A stretch of DNA of 62,543 nt, the filler included, from Chiloscyllium plagiosum (lineage: Eukaryota), in NCBI RefSeq assembly GCF_004010195.1. It is 3 parts of one record of this genome, joined end to end, with 100 filler letters (N's around TTAATTAATTAA, not from the genome) between each part and the next. Parts side by side here need not be neighbours in the genome. Positions count along the whole stretch, not along the records: positions 1 to 31,808 come from NC_057710.1; positions 31,909 to 47,651 come from NC_057710.1; 1 more part is not named here. One strand, given 5' to 3'. Below are positions 25,461 through 37,865 of this stretch, piece after piece; positions within the stretch are counted from its first letter, which is position 1; each line of letters begins with the position of its first letter. The position numbers and the translations under genes were made by a program. The notes beneath the pieces were generated by a model. It was given only the letters and a program-made list of their open reading frames with translations, did no database searches and was not told where the DNA came from.

Positions 25461-26267
25461 TTTTAAGCAATGATTCCAACCGTTGACTGTGTCCAGGGAT
25501 TGCCAATAGGAGGGATAAAAGAGGGAGGCTGCAGTGCAGCTGGACAGAAGAATGCTCCAGAACAAAGAAGGAACCTTTACAGGAGTCAAAGTAGGAGACT
25601 TCAGGGAAGTGAGAGCCTTCAAGAGTTTTTGGGGTTGGGGTGGGGGATGGGGGTTGCGGGAGCAGAAAGGAGGCTGCAAGGTGAAGCAGGATTTTTGGTT
25701 CAATTGAAATGGGAAGCATTAGGGCTGGGGCTGTGGAGATGTTCAGCATGTGTGGCAGCATCAGAAAGAGAAACATCGGTCCGTGAACCTTTGTCATAAC
25801 TACACCAGATGGATCTGAACCTTTAATTCTGCTTCTCTCACACAAAACACTCCGAAGTCAGCTGAGTATTTAGCGCACTTTCTGATCTAATTTAATATTT
25901 CCAGCATCTGCAATTTCTAATTATACAGTCAAGGTGGATATTTGTAAGTATAGTTAGTTTTAATTTAAATAAGAAAATATTTATCACTCAATGCAGTGTG
26001 TATGTTTTCTATTAAAGTCCACTTGTGTGGATAGAAATAAAGCAGATAACTTGGTTGGTTGAAAATACTGAACCATACTTATACAGAATCTAACATTCAA
26101 TTTAATGAAATATTGTATTCTTCAATTTCTTTAGGGTACCACTGCTAGTCTTTAAAGAAGTTTTTCCAATTCATATGATCAATGTCTTAAGTGGACATAA
26201 ACATAACAGCTCAGCCAAACATCTGGGTGGCTTCTACAAAACCTCCTTGTCGCTGGGCTGCAGTGTC

Positions 26268-26742
26268 ACCCTCCATCAGTCTCCCCNNNNNNNNNNNNNN
26301 NNNNNNNNNNNNNNNNNNNNNNNNNNNNNNNNNNNNNNNNNNNNNNNNNNNNNNNNNNNNNNNNNNNNNNNNNNNNNNNNNNNNNNNNNNNNNNNAGTTT
26401 TAAAACCTCCATCACCACCTCCTGTCTCCCTCCATCAGTCTCCCCCGCCTCCTCTCTCCCTCCATCAGTCTCTCCCTGCCTCCTGTCTCCCTCCGTCACT
26501 CTCCCCCCTGCCTCCTGTCTCCCTCCGTCAGTCTCCCTCCTGCCCTGTCTATTCCACCCCCGTCTATTTGTCTCGACTCTGCCCTGACTCTCCAGCACCC
26601 CTCTCCCCATCTATTGGTCTCTTCACTGCCCTGTAGCGCACACCCCCATCTATCAGTCTGCCCCTTGCCCTCTCCCTCTGCCCTGTCTCCCCAATCCCTC
26701 CACCAATCTGCCTCCGCCTCCCTTCCGCCCACCCATCCATCC

Positions 26743-26770
<28 letters not shown>
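26268..26770. repeat. C/T-rich minisatellite (about 30-bp unit CCCTCCATCAGTCTCCCCCGCCTCCTCTCT) running into a gap, plus a (TCTG)n microsatellite
   Basis: Repeated units on both sides of the N-run 26287-26395; (TCTG)n at about 26744-26767. Confidence 0.85.
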
Positions 26771-26773
<3 letters not shown>

Positions 26774-26779
26774 CCCTCC

Positions 26780-26935
26780 TCGTGCCCCGTCTCCTTCCAT
26801 CCACGAGCACGCGGCGAGAGGAACCCGGTGCCTCTTTAAACCCGGCGGCTGTTGCCGCACATGCGCTAATAGCTGACCTCACGAGGCGTCAAACTTCCCG
26901 CGCCCACGTCTTGACATTATCTAACGCTACCGTAC
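26780..26935. promoter_or_regulatory. CpG-rich promoter-like patch upstream of the UT coding exons
   Basis: Dense undecayed CpGs in unique sequence; motifs TTCCCGCGC (E2F-like), GCACATGCGC (NRF1-like), TGACCTCA, CACGTC and TTTAAA. Confidence 0.5.
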
Positions 26936-27022
26936 TCTTAAAAGGCACAAGAACACATGTTAAAACAATATACACCACATGATATTGTCAGTATGCAGAT
27001 GCATTATTTGACATAACGTTAC

Positions 27023-27046
27023 CTGGATCACCTTGGTTTGAAGCAT
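27023..27046 (-). CDS. Candidate upstream first coding exon of the urea transporter (MLQTKVIQ)
   Basis: ATG CTT CAA ACC AAG GTG ATC CAG|gtaacg gives a phase-0 donor matching the phase-0 acceptor at 22250. There is an in-frame TAG upstream of the ATG and a possible acceptor ttatttcag at 27069-27070. No transcript evidence. Confidence 0.45.
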
Positions 27047-27739
27047 TGCTCGTGTTCCCTAATGAACACTGAAATAACGGTTTGGATGTGATACAGACTG
27101 AGAGCTCAGTGCTGAATTCTTCATCAGTGTGTGGTATTAACACCACAGCATGTGCCCGGCTCTGGATTAACGGGCAGCTTTATCAACCCACATGACTCCG
27201 CACTCAGCCATTTGGCAAATAGTTGAAACGCAGGCCACCGAAGTGTTCGGGAGGACTGAGAAGTCGAAGGAAGTTCAGCTTTTACAACTGGAAGGCACAA
27301 TATGAAAGTGACTCGATATTCGACTGATTGCCCGCAATAGCGTTTAGTTTAAAATTGTGCAACAAATTTAAAACGAGAATGATCAATCTAATGTGAGAAG
27401 TATCGAATGACAAGGAAATCAATGAAGTTTAGGAAATCGACTGCAGATGATTTCTAATTCCCACGTCATTAAATCCGGAAATTTAGACATGGCAATGCCG
27501 TAATCGTGAAAGCCTCATTGGAAAGTAAGACAGTGCATTATTTTCACAGGCGTGTTCTTGTGACATTTAACCTATAAATACCAACTGGGTCCAGTCAATG
27601 GAAGCAATTTATTTCAAAATAGGGGAATATCTTGAATACTCTCTGATATTTAGTATACGCTTGGATGATAAAAAAAAAGATGCTAGACCCTTCTGGAGTG
27701 TTGAGGCAAAATCATTTCAATTGTAATAAATTAATGTTC

Positions 27740-28090
27740 TGGTGCACAGGTTGATCCCAAGATCCTGACCGAGCACATGTGGAGAGGATGTTTCCTCATG
27801 GGAGAATCTAGACCTTGGGGTTACTTTTTAAAAATCAGTGTTAGTTCATTCAAAACTGACAAGGTTTTTTTTATCTCAGAGGGACAGGATTCTTTTGAAC
27901 TTTATGAAAATGCTGTGGAGGCAGAGTCCTTGAATATTTTTAAGGCCGAGGTAGATAGATTCATGTTGAACAAAAAAGAGTTTAAAAAGGTATTAGGGCT
28001 AGGTTGGAAGGTGAATTTGAGGTTACAATCAGATCAGATGTAAACTTATTGAATGTGGAGCAGGCTCGATGGGCTGAAAAGCTGCTGCGA
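27740..28090 (+). mobile_element. CR1 3' fragment
   Basis: AVEAESLNIFKAEVDRF. Confidence 0.75.
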
Positions 28091-29654
28091 CTTGAAATTC
28101 GATGTCTTGCCGTGGTATTTTTGCTGCCTCTGAGCCTGATGGTTTGGGGAAAATTCCTCGGGCAGTACTTGATGGTCATGGAAAGTGCACTCATATAAGA
28201 TTTACTATAAGTCTGCAAATTCTTCCAACATGAGCTAGTGACATATAGTAAGACCAGGAGAGATTCCTGATCTGTCTCTGTTAGCACTATTCATGACTCC
28301 AACGACGTCAACTCAGGGGAAACGGCTGGTGAATAAAGAGAGTTGTTAAGTGAATGAATAGAGGGAGAAGGGGTTTTGGAAGAGGAATTGCTAATTGAGG
28401 GGAAGGAGAGTGGGAAAACAGGGCTGGTGAGGGTGATTGTGAAGAGGGACTGTTAAGTCTCTGTGGGAGTGAGGGGGATGAGGATAAGGCATATTAGTCA
28501 TGGCGGGGTGTAATGAATACAGTTGTGCATGAAATGCTGAGGCTTCACTCAGGCTTCTGTCACCAGGAAATTTGGAGCATTTGGTTGAATCCTACATTAA
28601 TATACAAAAAAATGCTTAGAAATACTTTAATTTTTTTCATCTTTATTTCAGGTATTATTATATGTTGCTGGATAATGCACAATTTACTGAATGTTACTTT
28701 GCTGTTTTGTTTTAGCTAGCATCTGGGATTACATTAATTTACACTAATTTTAATTCATTCATGTCAATGAAGGCATCATCTACGAAGCTAGCAGTTATTG
28801 CACACTCCTAATTGCCCACTGGGTGGTTAAGGGTAAAAAGAACATCGCTGTGGGTCTGGTGTCACATGTAGATAAAATCAGATAAGGAAGGCAGATTTCC
28901 TTTCCCAAAGAACATTGCTGAACCAGATGGGTTTTTAAGACAATTGATAGTGGTTCTTGGTCACTGTTAGAACAGAAATTGTATCCATTTTGTTTAGGGT
29001 GTATTTAACTTTTGCCATCGGCTAAGGTGGGCTTTTACCCATGTTCCTAGAACATTAGTCCAAGAATCTGGATTACTAGTTTAGCGACATTATCATGATG
29101 CTTCCACCTCCCCCACGTACTGAAATGGATTCCATTAGCATCAAAAATGTATAGATCCCTGTCGAACAAATTCAATGACTGACGGTTCACTGACCCATGA
29201 GATAGCAAATTCAAATTCTTCACAATTTAAGTAAACATTCTTTTCATTCCCTCTAATGCAAGTATATTCTTACTTGACTATGAAGACTAAAATTGTACAT
29301 AATACTCCAGATGTGGTGTTACTAAAGTTCTATATGCTTGCAGTGAGACTCCTTTCCTCTTGTATTACAATCTCTATTGGGTAACATATCATTTACGTCA
29401 CTAGCTATGGCCAATCTCCTGTGATTAATGTACAATGACATCCAAATACCGTTGACAGTCTCTCACCTTTTAAAAAAAACTGTACCATGAATGTCTTTTG
29501 TTACTGCCACTTCCAACAATATCAATAGTTCTTGAAGGTCTTGTAATTTGCTGTTTTACAATGTGACTTCACTGTGTTGCAACTCTGTGACTACTTATTA
29601 CCCTGGTCAGTCTGCAAACCTGATCCTGACCTCCTGGGTTGCTTGCCATTTTAA

Positions 29655-31510
29655 TTCTCCACCTCAGCTTAAGCACATGCACTATATAAAATAAGGTAAA
29701 TACACTTGCAGCGCAAATTGAAATTGGCAGATATGACATTGTGGGTATCCTGGAGACGTGGCTGGAGAGTAATGAGCGCTGCAAACTAAATATCCAAGGA
29801 TACATGTTCTAGCGAAAGGACAGACAGATGAGCAGAAGGGGCAGGATTGCCTTGTTATTAAGAAATTAAATTAAATCGATATCAAGAGTGACATAGAGTC
29901 AGAAGGCATAGAAGCTGTGTGGGGAGAGTTTTGGAGCCGCAAAGGAACAAAGATCCTGTTACGAATTGTGAACAGGCCTCTGAGCAGTAGTCAGGATGTG
30001 GGATGAAAATAAATCAGGAGATAAAAAATGCATATAAGAAAGGCATGTTACAATAATCATGGGGAGCTTCAATATACAGGTGGACTGGGAAAATTAAGTT
30101 GATAGTGGATGTCAAGAAAAGGAATTTATTGGAGTAGCTTGTGGTAGAGTCCACTAAGGAACAGGCAATTCTGGATTTGGTGTTGTGCAATGAGGCAGAC
30201 TTGTTTAGGGAGCTTAAGATTAAGGAACCCCCGAGTGACAGTGACGATAATATGATAGAATTTCCCCTGCAGTCTGAAAAGGATAAGCTGGAATCAGATG
30301 TAACAGTATGACAATTGAGTAAAGGTAACTGCAAAGACATGAGGGAGGAGCTGGCCAAAATTGATTGGAAGGGGAGGTTAGCAGGGAAGATGGTGGAGTA
30401 GCAATGGCTGGAGTTTCTGGGGTAATTCAGAAGGTACAGCAGAAATTCATTCCATGGAAGGAAAAATATTGTGACAACCATAGCTGACAGTGGAAGTCAG
30501 AAAAAGCATAAAAGAGAAGTAAACAATGTGGTGAAGATTAGTAGGAAGCCAGGGAATTGGGAAGTCTTTAAAAACCAGTAGAGGATAACTAAAATAGCAG
30601 TAGTGGGTAGAAGATGAAATATGAGAGTAAGCTTGCCAGTAATATTAAAAAAAGAGTCTTTGGATATCTAAAAGATCAGAGAGAGACAAAAGTGGACATT
30701 GGGTCACTGGAAAATGAGGCTGAAGAGGTAGTAATAGGGAATAAAGAAATGGCAGAGGAACTGAAGAGGTACTTTGCATCAGTTTTCATAGTGGAAGATA
30801 CCAGCAGCATACCAGAACTTCAAGAGAGTCAGGAGGCAGAGTTGAGTATAAATGCCATCACTGAAGAGTAAGTGCTGGGGAAGCTGAAAGTTCTGAAGGT
30901 GGATAAATCACCTGGATGGATGGTCTACACCCAGAATTCTGAAGGAGATAGCTGAGGCGATTATAGAGTCATTGTAATTACTGCAGTCAGGCAGGGTGCC
31001 ATTGGACCAGATCTTGGCTAATGGCCCTTGCTTAAGAAGAGAAGGAGGAAGAAGACAGAACATTATAGGCCAGATAGCCTGATCTTGGTGTAAAGTAAAA
31101 GTTTAGAGTCAATTATTAAGGATGAGATTGTAAAGTAATTGGAAATGTGTGGTAAAATGGGGTGAGTCAGCACGGTTTCATCAAGGGGATGTGATTTTGT
31201 TAGAATTCTTTGAGGACATAGTGAGTAACTTAGAAAAAGAGGAGCCAGTGGAGATGATCCAGTGGGATTTCCAGAAGGCCTTTGAGAAGATGCTGTACAA
31301 GAAGATAAGAGCTCATGGTATTAGGGCAAGCTACTGGCATGGATAGATGATTCGCTGACTGGCAGAAAGCAAATTTTGGGGATAAAGGGCTGGCAGGATG
31401 GCAGCCAGATGGAGTTCAACAGGGATCAGTGTTAGGACCACAACTATTCACATTATGCATTAATGAGCTGGATTTAAGAACTGAGGGTGTTGTTACTAAG
31501 TTTGCAGGTT
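29655..31510 (+). mobile_element. CR1 ORF2 (APE and RT), decayed
   Basis: YDIVGILETWL; ILDLVLCNE; EEPVEMIQWDFQKAFEK; QGSVLGPQLF. Confidence 0.9.
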
Positions 31511-31570
31511 TTTTTCTTTTTATTCATTCATGGGATGAGGGTGACATTGGCTAGGCCATCCCTATTTACA

Positions 31571-31808
31571 AGGTAAAAACAATGACAGCAGATGCTGGAA
31601 ACCAGATTCTGGATTAGTGGTGCTGGAAGAGCACAGCAGTTCAGGCAGCATCCGAGGAGCAGCGAAATCGACATTTCGGGCAAAAGCCCTTCATCAGGAA
31701 TAAAGGCAGAGAGCCTGAAGCATGGAGAGATAAGCTAGAGGAGGGTGGGGATGGGGAGAAAGTAGCATAGAGTACAATGGGTGAGTGGGGGAGGGGATGA
31801 AGGTGATA
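31571..31808 (-). mobile_element. PLE terminus running into a gap
   Basis: aggtaaaaacaatgacagcagatgctgg tail; minus-strand hammerhead CTGATGA AGGGC TTTT GCCC GAAAT GTC. Confidence 0.9.
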
Positions 31809-31908
31809 NNNNNNNNNNNNNNNNNNNNNNNNNNNNNNNNNNNNNNNNNNNNTTAATTAATTAANNNNNNNNNNNNNNNNNNNNNNNNNNNNNNNNNNNN
31901 NNNNNNNN
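31809..31908. other. Synthetic scaffolding linker N44-TTAATTAATTAA-N44
   Basis: Exactly 100 bp; identical structure at 47652-47751. Confidence 0.95.
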
Positions 31909-32092
31909 CCCACCCCCACCCTCCTCTAGCTTATCTCTCCACGCTTCAGGCTCTCTGCCTTTATTCCTGATGAAGGGCTTTTGCCCGAAACGTCGATTTT
32001 GCCTGTCTCGGATGCTGCCTGAATTGCTGTGCTCTTCCAGCACCACTGATCCAGAATCTGGTTTCCAGTATCTGCAGTCATTGTTTTTACCT
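31909..32092 (+). mobile_element. PLE terminus emerging from a gap
   Basis: Near reverse complement of 31571-31750. Confidence 0.9.
31963..31998 (+). ncRNA. Minimal type-I hammerhead ribozyme (family A, intact core)
   Basis: attc CTGATGA A GGGC TTTT GCCC GAAA C GTC gatt: full core, perfect 4-bp stem II, palindromic ACGU stem III, GUC triplet, stem I with 3 of 4 pairs. Confidence 0.8.
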
Positions 32093-33239
32093 AATTTATA
32101 TAGCTGCCCCAGTTCAGTTTCTGATCAATGGTAACCCCACAATGTTGAGATTCGAGTATTCAGTGATGAAAAGAGAACCTCCAAACTCTCACTTGGTTCT
32201 TTTCTGGTGATATATATCTGCCAGTTAAGAACTCAGCAATCATTGGAAGTAATATTCCCAATTCACCATATCAAGTCCATTCATTGCTTTAAATATATCT
32301 ATCACTATCAAAACTAAGCCTTTTTACAAGTTCATGATAAGCATTTTTGTGGAATCATTGCAGTCTGTGTTAGAAATCCTCCAATAAATATTTTTAATCG
32401 TGAGTTCTAAGACTTTTGCCCATCAATGATGGATGTATGCTGAAACATTTTGCAGTAAAAATGATACATGACTTGGAAGGGAATTAAGAATGATAGCGTT
32501 CCCAGGTACCTGCTGCCTTTGTCCTTTTAGGTGTATGAGATAGTGGGTTTGGGTGGCACTACAACAAAATCGTGGGAACTTTACATAGTAAATGTTGTAT
32601 ATAGTACATTCCACATTCATGGTTTGCCAGTGATGGGATGTGATAGATACTCAGGCTGGTGAAGAAACTCTTCATCAAATTGTTTTGACACGGAGGTTCT
32701 TGAACTTGTTAACCATCGTTGTAAGTGCACACAGCCAAAAAGAATGGAGAATATTGCACAACACTTCTGCCTTCTTCCCTTTATTTAGTATGAGACATTA
32801 TGCTGAGTCTCCGTTTGCTTTCTCAGCTCAATATAAAAAATTCTATCACACTAATTTGAAGAATAGTGGGAAAGTTATATTGGTGTCCTGTCCTTAATCA
32901 AATGCCACATAAAAAACAGATTTGATGTTTGTTATCACATTGCTATCTTTAGGAGATTGCATAAATTGGCTGTTCGCTACAATATAACTGTAACGACACT
33001 TCAAAACAAAGGCACTTCATTGACTGTAAAGTACTTTGGGACAGTTTGTCATTGTGAAGAGCATTTTATACGAAGACTTTCTTTTCTCTTTCTGCATGCA
33101 GTGACAAAAGCTTTGAAGTAAGCAACTTAAGAAAGGGCAAAATATCTTCTTCTTTATTGCATGTTTTGTAACTTGAAAGTAACTTTTTTTTGCACAGACT
33201 TTCTGTGGAAAACAACTGTGTAAATATTGATCCATTAAG

Positions 33240-33610
33240 TCCATGTATACTGCTTGCTGCCTCGGGAAGGAAGCCAGCATACTCAAAGACCCCTACCACC
33301 GTGTTTGTACAGTTTTCCGATTTCTTTCATTGGGCAGAGGACACAAAAACTTAAACACACCTACCACCAGATTCAAGAACAGCTTCTTCCCCGCTGTCAT
33401 TAGACTTCTGAATGGACCTCTCAAATTTTAAATTTAATATATGTATCGCTCTTTGTACACCTTCTCTTCAGCTGTAACATTGTAATCTTCACTCTGGTTT
33501 ATTACCCTGATGCACTTTATATGGTATGATCTACTGTACTACAGGAAAAACAAAACTTTTCACTGTACCTAGGTAGAAATGACAATAATAAATCAGATCA
33601 AATCCAAATC
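33240..33610 (+). mobile_element. Rex1/Babar-like LINE 3' end
   Basis: ASILKDPYH...TTRFKNSFFPAVIRLLN* followed by a 3'UTR ending gacaataataaatcagatcaaatccaaatc. Confidence 0.7.
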
Positions 33611-34077
33611 TGTACCAATATTTATTCCTCTTAATTGCAATACCAGGAAGCTGAATCAATATCAGATATCTTATGTTATGAATCAGAGCCAAAAGGTCTT
33701 GCTAAATGTTTTCTGTCTGTCAGAATTAGTCTTGTTTTTGACTTGATATTAATTAGTAAGAGGAGCAATAACTTTCTACAATGACTTATGTTCCAATACT
33801 ACTTAAACATAAGTCATTTCTTTCTCTTTTTATATGTAGCTTCATAACAATTTGTTCAGGAGGTTAACCCATATGAATCACTCATGGAAGTTAAATGCCT
33901 AGCTCTATGCAGTATCCCCTCTTCTCAACAACTCAGAAAGAATCTGTCTTCTGATTTCAGAGCAAATTGATTCTTTTTATTGTAATATTGCATTGACATG
34001 ATCATTCAAATTCTTTATAGATGTTCTTCCATAATTATCTTAAAGCAGTTTACAAATTGTCATTTTTAATAAGTCAT

Positions 34078-34180
34078 GAGTTCTGAAGAAGGGTCACTCA
34101 ACCCAAAACATTAAGCCTAATTTCTCTCCATAGATGCTGCCAGACCTTCTGAGCTCTTCCAGCAATTTCTGTTTTTATGT
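34078..34180 (+). mobile_element. PLE-related short element with a degenerate family-B hammerhead
   Basis: agtt CTGAAGA AGGGT CACTCA ACCC AAAAC ATT aagc...gatgctgccagacc. Confidence 0.7.
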
Positions 34181-34264
34181 AATTTTAAACTGTCTGCTCT
34201 TTAACGATGTAATCAGAAAGAATAAAATAACTTGACATTCTGATTAAAACCCGTACTTGGTTAT

Positions 34265-34382
34265 GATTAGAGTGGTGCTGGGAAAGCACAGCAGGTCAGG
34301 CAGCATCCGAAGAGCAGGAAAATCGACATTTAGGGCAGGAGCCCTTCAGGAATGATCGGCATCTGCAGTCCTTACTTTTGTC
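34265..34382. mobile_element. Internally deleted PLE foldback remnant
   Basis: Terminal arm gtggtgctgggaaagcacagcaggtcagg... fused to the opposite-strand tail gcatctgcagtccttacttttg. Confidence 0.75.
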
Positions 34383-35807
34383 ATATGGGTTTATGTTTAG
34401 AAGAAATGTTTTAATAGCTGGCAGTTATGAACTACGGGATAGTATATTTGTGGCAGTGTATTAGTAGTTATTTCATAAATGTGAAAGATTCATTCAACAT
34501 GAGCACCATGTAAATGAATTATGATTTTTTAAACATGAAATACACCTAGAGAGACATTACTACAATGCTTTATATTTGTAGTCTATAAATAGGATTTAAA
34601 GTGAAAAAGTTATATTAATCCCTTGGAGAAAAAAGTTTTATTCTTTATTCATTTCACACATTCCCACAATTAAAATGTGCTTACAAAGACAGCTTTGCAC
34701 TGCACAATTTCATTGTTAGGATATTGTTAATGAAAACTGTGGAAAATAAGCTGATTAGGCACCTTTAATAAAACTTGTTTAATATTTCATGAAGAGTTGC
34801 TGTATAAGCAATGTGGAAGGTAGTGTCATGGTAATGTCATTGGGCTGATGGTCTGGCCTAATTATTGATGTTCAAATCCCACTATGATAGCTGCTGGAAT
34901 ATAAATTTAGTTATCCATCATGACTAACAATTTACAATTAAAAAGTAACCTCAATAAGAATGACCATGAAGCTAACATCATTTGTTGTAAAACTTACCTA
35001 GTTCACTTTTGCAAATGAAATGCAGGCCCAGAAAACTGATTGATTTTTTGCTGTTCTCAAAAGGATAACAATTCCTGACCTTGCCAATGATGTTCACATC
35101 CCTTGAGAGAATAAATTGACCTAATTAGCCATGCTAAATAAATAAATAATAATGGATTAATAAATTTGCTCTGGAATGTGTAACATTTTACATATTAGCT
35201 CAACAGAAAAAGAAAAAATACCAAGCTAACTCTGAGGACAGCAAGATAGGAAAATTCTGATACACTGTCCAAAGCAACAGGACATTTCTGCAAGAGTTCC
35301 TCAACATAGGTCCAACCAACTTCTGCTGCGTCATCAATGACCTATTGCTGTGTCAAAATCTGGGAACTCATTCCCTAGTGACACTGTGGATCTACTTAAA
35401 ATACACGGACTGCAGCAATTTAAGAACACACTACCACCACCTTCTTAAGGGCAAATAGGATGGGCAAAAAATGCTGGTAAAGCCAACAATGCCCACATCT
35501 GGTGATTGAATTAAAAAATATATTTTTCGAAATCAGAAACCCATGTGTTCAGCCATGTGTTGCATTGCTGGTCAGGGCTGTGCTACAGAAGGCCATTATG
35601 GAGGACTTGAGCAGTGAGGCATTATGGGTAGAGCTGAGAAATAAGAACGGTGCAGTTACATTGTTGGAGCTGTACTACAGGCCTCCCAACAGAGAGCGTG
35701 AGATAGAAGAACAAGTAGGTAAACAAATTATGGAAAGATGTAGAGGCAACAGGTTCGTGGTGATGGAAAATTTTAATTTTCCCAACATTGAACTGGGATC
35801 CACTTAG

Positions 35808-37865
35808 AAGGCAAAAGTGAGGACTGCAGTTGCTGGAGATCAGAGTCAAGATTAAATTGGTGCTGGAAAAGTACAGCAGGTCAGGCAGCATCCGAGAAGC
35901 AGGAAAATTGATGTTTCGGGCAAAAGCCCTTCATTGGGAATGAGGTAGGGAGCCTCCGGGGTGGAGAGATAAATGGGAGGGAGCTGGGGCTGGGGAGAAG
36001 GTAACAAAGAGTACAATAGGTGGATGGAGGTGGGGATGAAGATGATAGGTCAGAGAGGAGGGTGGGGCAGATAGGTGGGAAGGAAGATTGGCAGGTAGGA
36101 CAGGTCATCAGGATGGTGCTGACCTACAGGTTTGAACTGGGGTAAGGTGAGGGGAGGGGAAATGCGGAAACTGGTGAAGTCCACATTAATGCCCATTGGG
36201 TTGAAGTGTTCTGAGGCGGAAGATGAGGCGTTCTTCCCCCAGGTGTCGGGTGGTGAGGGAGTGGCGAATGGAGGAGGCCGAGGACCTGCATGTCCTTGGC
36301 AGAGAGGGAGGGGGAGTTGAAAAATTCCGCCATGGGGCGTTGGGGTTGATTGGTGTGGGTGTCCCGGAGATGTTCCCTAAAGTGCTTTGCGAGAAGGTGT
36401 CCGGTCTCCCAAATATAGAGGAGACCGCATCGGGAGCAATGGATATAATAAATGACATTGGTGGATGTGCAGGTGAAACTTTGATGGATGTGGAAGGCTC
36501 CTTTGGGACCTTGGATGGAGGTGAGGGAGGAAGTGTGGGCGCAAGTTTTGCAATTCCTGTGGTGGCAGGGGAGGGTGCCAGTATGGGAGGGTGGGTTCTT
36601 GGGGGTGTGTGCACCTGACCAGGTAGTCACGGAGGGAATGGCCTTCGCAGAAAGTGGATAGGAGTGGGGAGGGAAATATATCCCTGGTGGTGGGGTCCGT
36701 TTGTAGGTGGCGGAAATGTTGGCGGATGATATGGTTTATGCGGAGGTTGGTGGGGTGGAAGGTGAGGACTGGGGGGTTTGAGAGCGGAGGTGCGGGACGT
36801 GGATGAGATGTGTTGGAAGGCATCTTCAACCACGTGGGAGGGGAAATTACGGTTTTTAAAGAAGGTGGCCATCTGCTATGTTCTGTGGTGGAACTGGACC
36901 TCCTGGGAGAAGATACGGCAGAGGGGGAGGAATTGGGAATACGGGATAGCATTTTTGCAGGAGGTAGGGTGGGAAGAGGTGCAATCCAGGTAGCTGTGGG
37001 AGTTGCTGGGTTTGTAAAAAATATCAGTGTTGAGTCGGTCACCATTGATGGAGCTGGAGAGGTCCAGGAAGGGGAGGGAGGTGTCAGAGATGGTCCAAGT
37101 AAATTTAAGGTCAGGGTGGAATGTGTTGATGAAGTTGATGAACTGCTTAACCTCCTCACAGGAGCATGACATGGCGCTGATACAGTTATTAATGTAATGG
37201 AGGAAGAGGTGGGTAGTGGTACCAGTGTAACTACAGAAGAAAGACTGTTCTACATAGCCAACAAAGAGACAGGCATAGCTGGGGCACATGCACGTGCCCA
37301 TGGCTACCCCTTTGGTCTGGAGGAATTGGGAGGATTCGCAGGAGAAATTGTTAAGGGTGAGGACCAGTTCAGCCAAATGAATGAGAGTGTCAGTGGAAGG
37401 GTACTGTTGGGGACGTCCATGGTGAAGATGCCTCCTCCACCGCCATTCCCTCACCACCCGATGCCTGGAGGAAGAATGCCTCATCTTCCGCCTCAGAACA
37501 CTTCAACCCCAGGGCATCAATGTGGACTTCACCAGTTTCCTCATTTCCCCTCCCCCCTCCTTTCCTCAGTTCCAACCTGCCAGGTCAGCACCATCCTCAT
37601 GACCTGTCCTACCTGCCAATCTTCCTTCCCACCTATCTGCTCCACTGTCCTCGCCGACTTATCAACTTCATCTCCACCCCTATTCACCTATTGTACTCTT
37701 AGCTACCTTCTCCCCAGCCCCACCCTCCTCTCATTTATCTCTCCATTCAGGAGGCTCTCTGCCTCATTCCTGATGAAGGGCTTTTGCCTGAAATGTCGAT
37801 TTTCCTGGTCCTTTGATGCTGCCCGTCCTGCTGTGCTTTTCCAGCACCACTCTAATCTTGACTCT
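35808..37865 (-). mobile_element. 5'-truncated Penelope-like retroelement (Neptune type) with an inverted terminal arm and an 11-bp TSD
   Basis: RT LVLTLNNF...QTKGVAMGT...HYINN (YIDD decayed); Cys linker PCHHRNCKTC; GIY-YIG NVIYYIHCSRCGLLYIWETG; inverted copy of the 3' end at about 37425-37865; TSD GATCCACTTAG at 35797-35807 and 37866-37876. Confidence 0.95.

Noticed and set aside
26496..26982. ORFs of 98-128 aa over the CpG/microsatellite region
   Set aside because: Low-complexity translations of GC-rich simple repeats with no recognisable domain.
31571..32092. Apparent element with long terminal inverted repeats
   Set aside because: The arms are joined by a synthetic linker, both have full tails and there is no convincing TSD; they may be two copies or one copy assembled twice.
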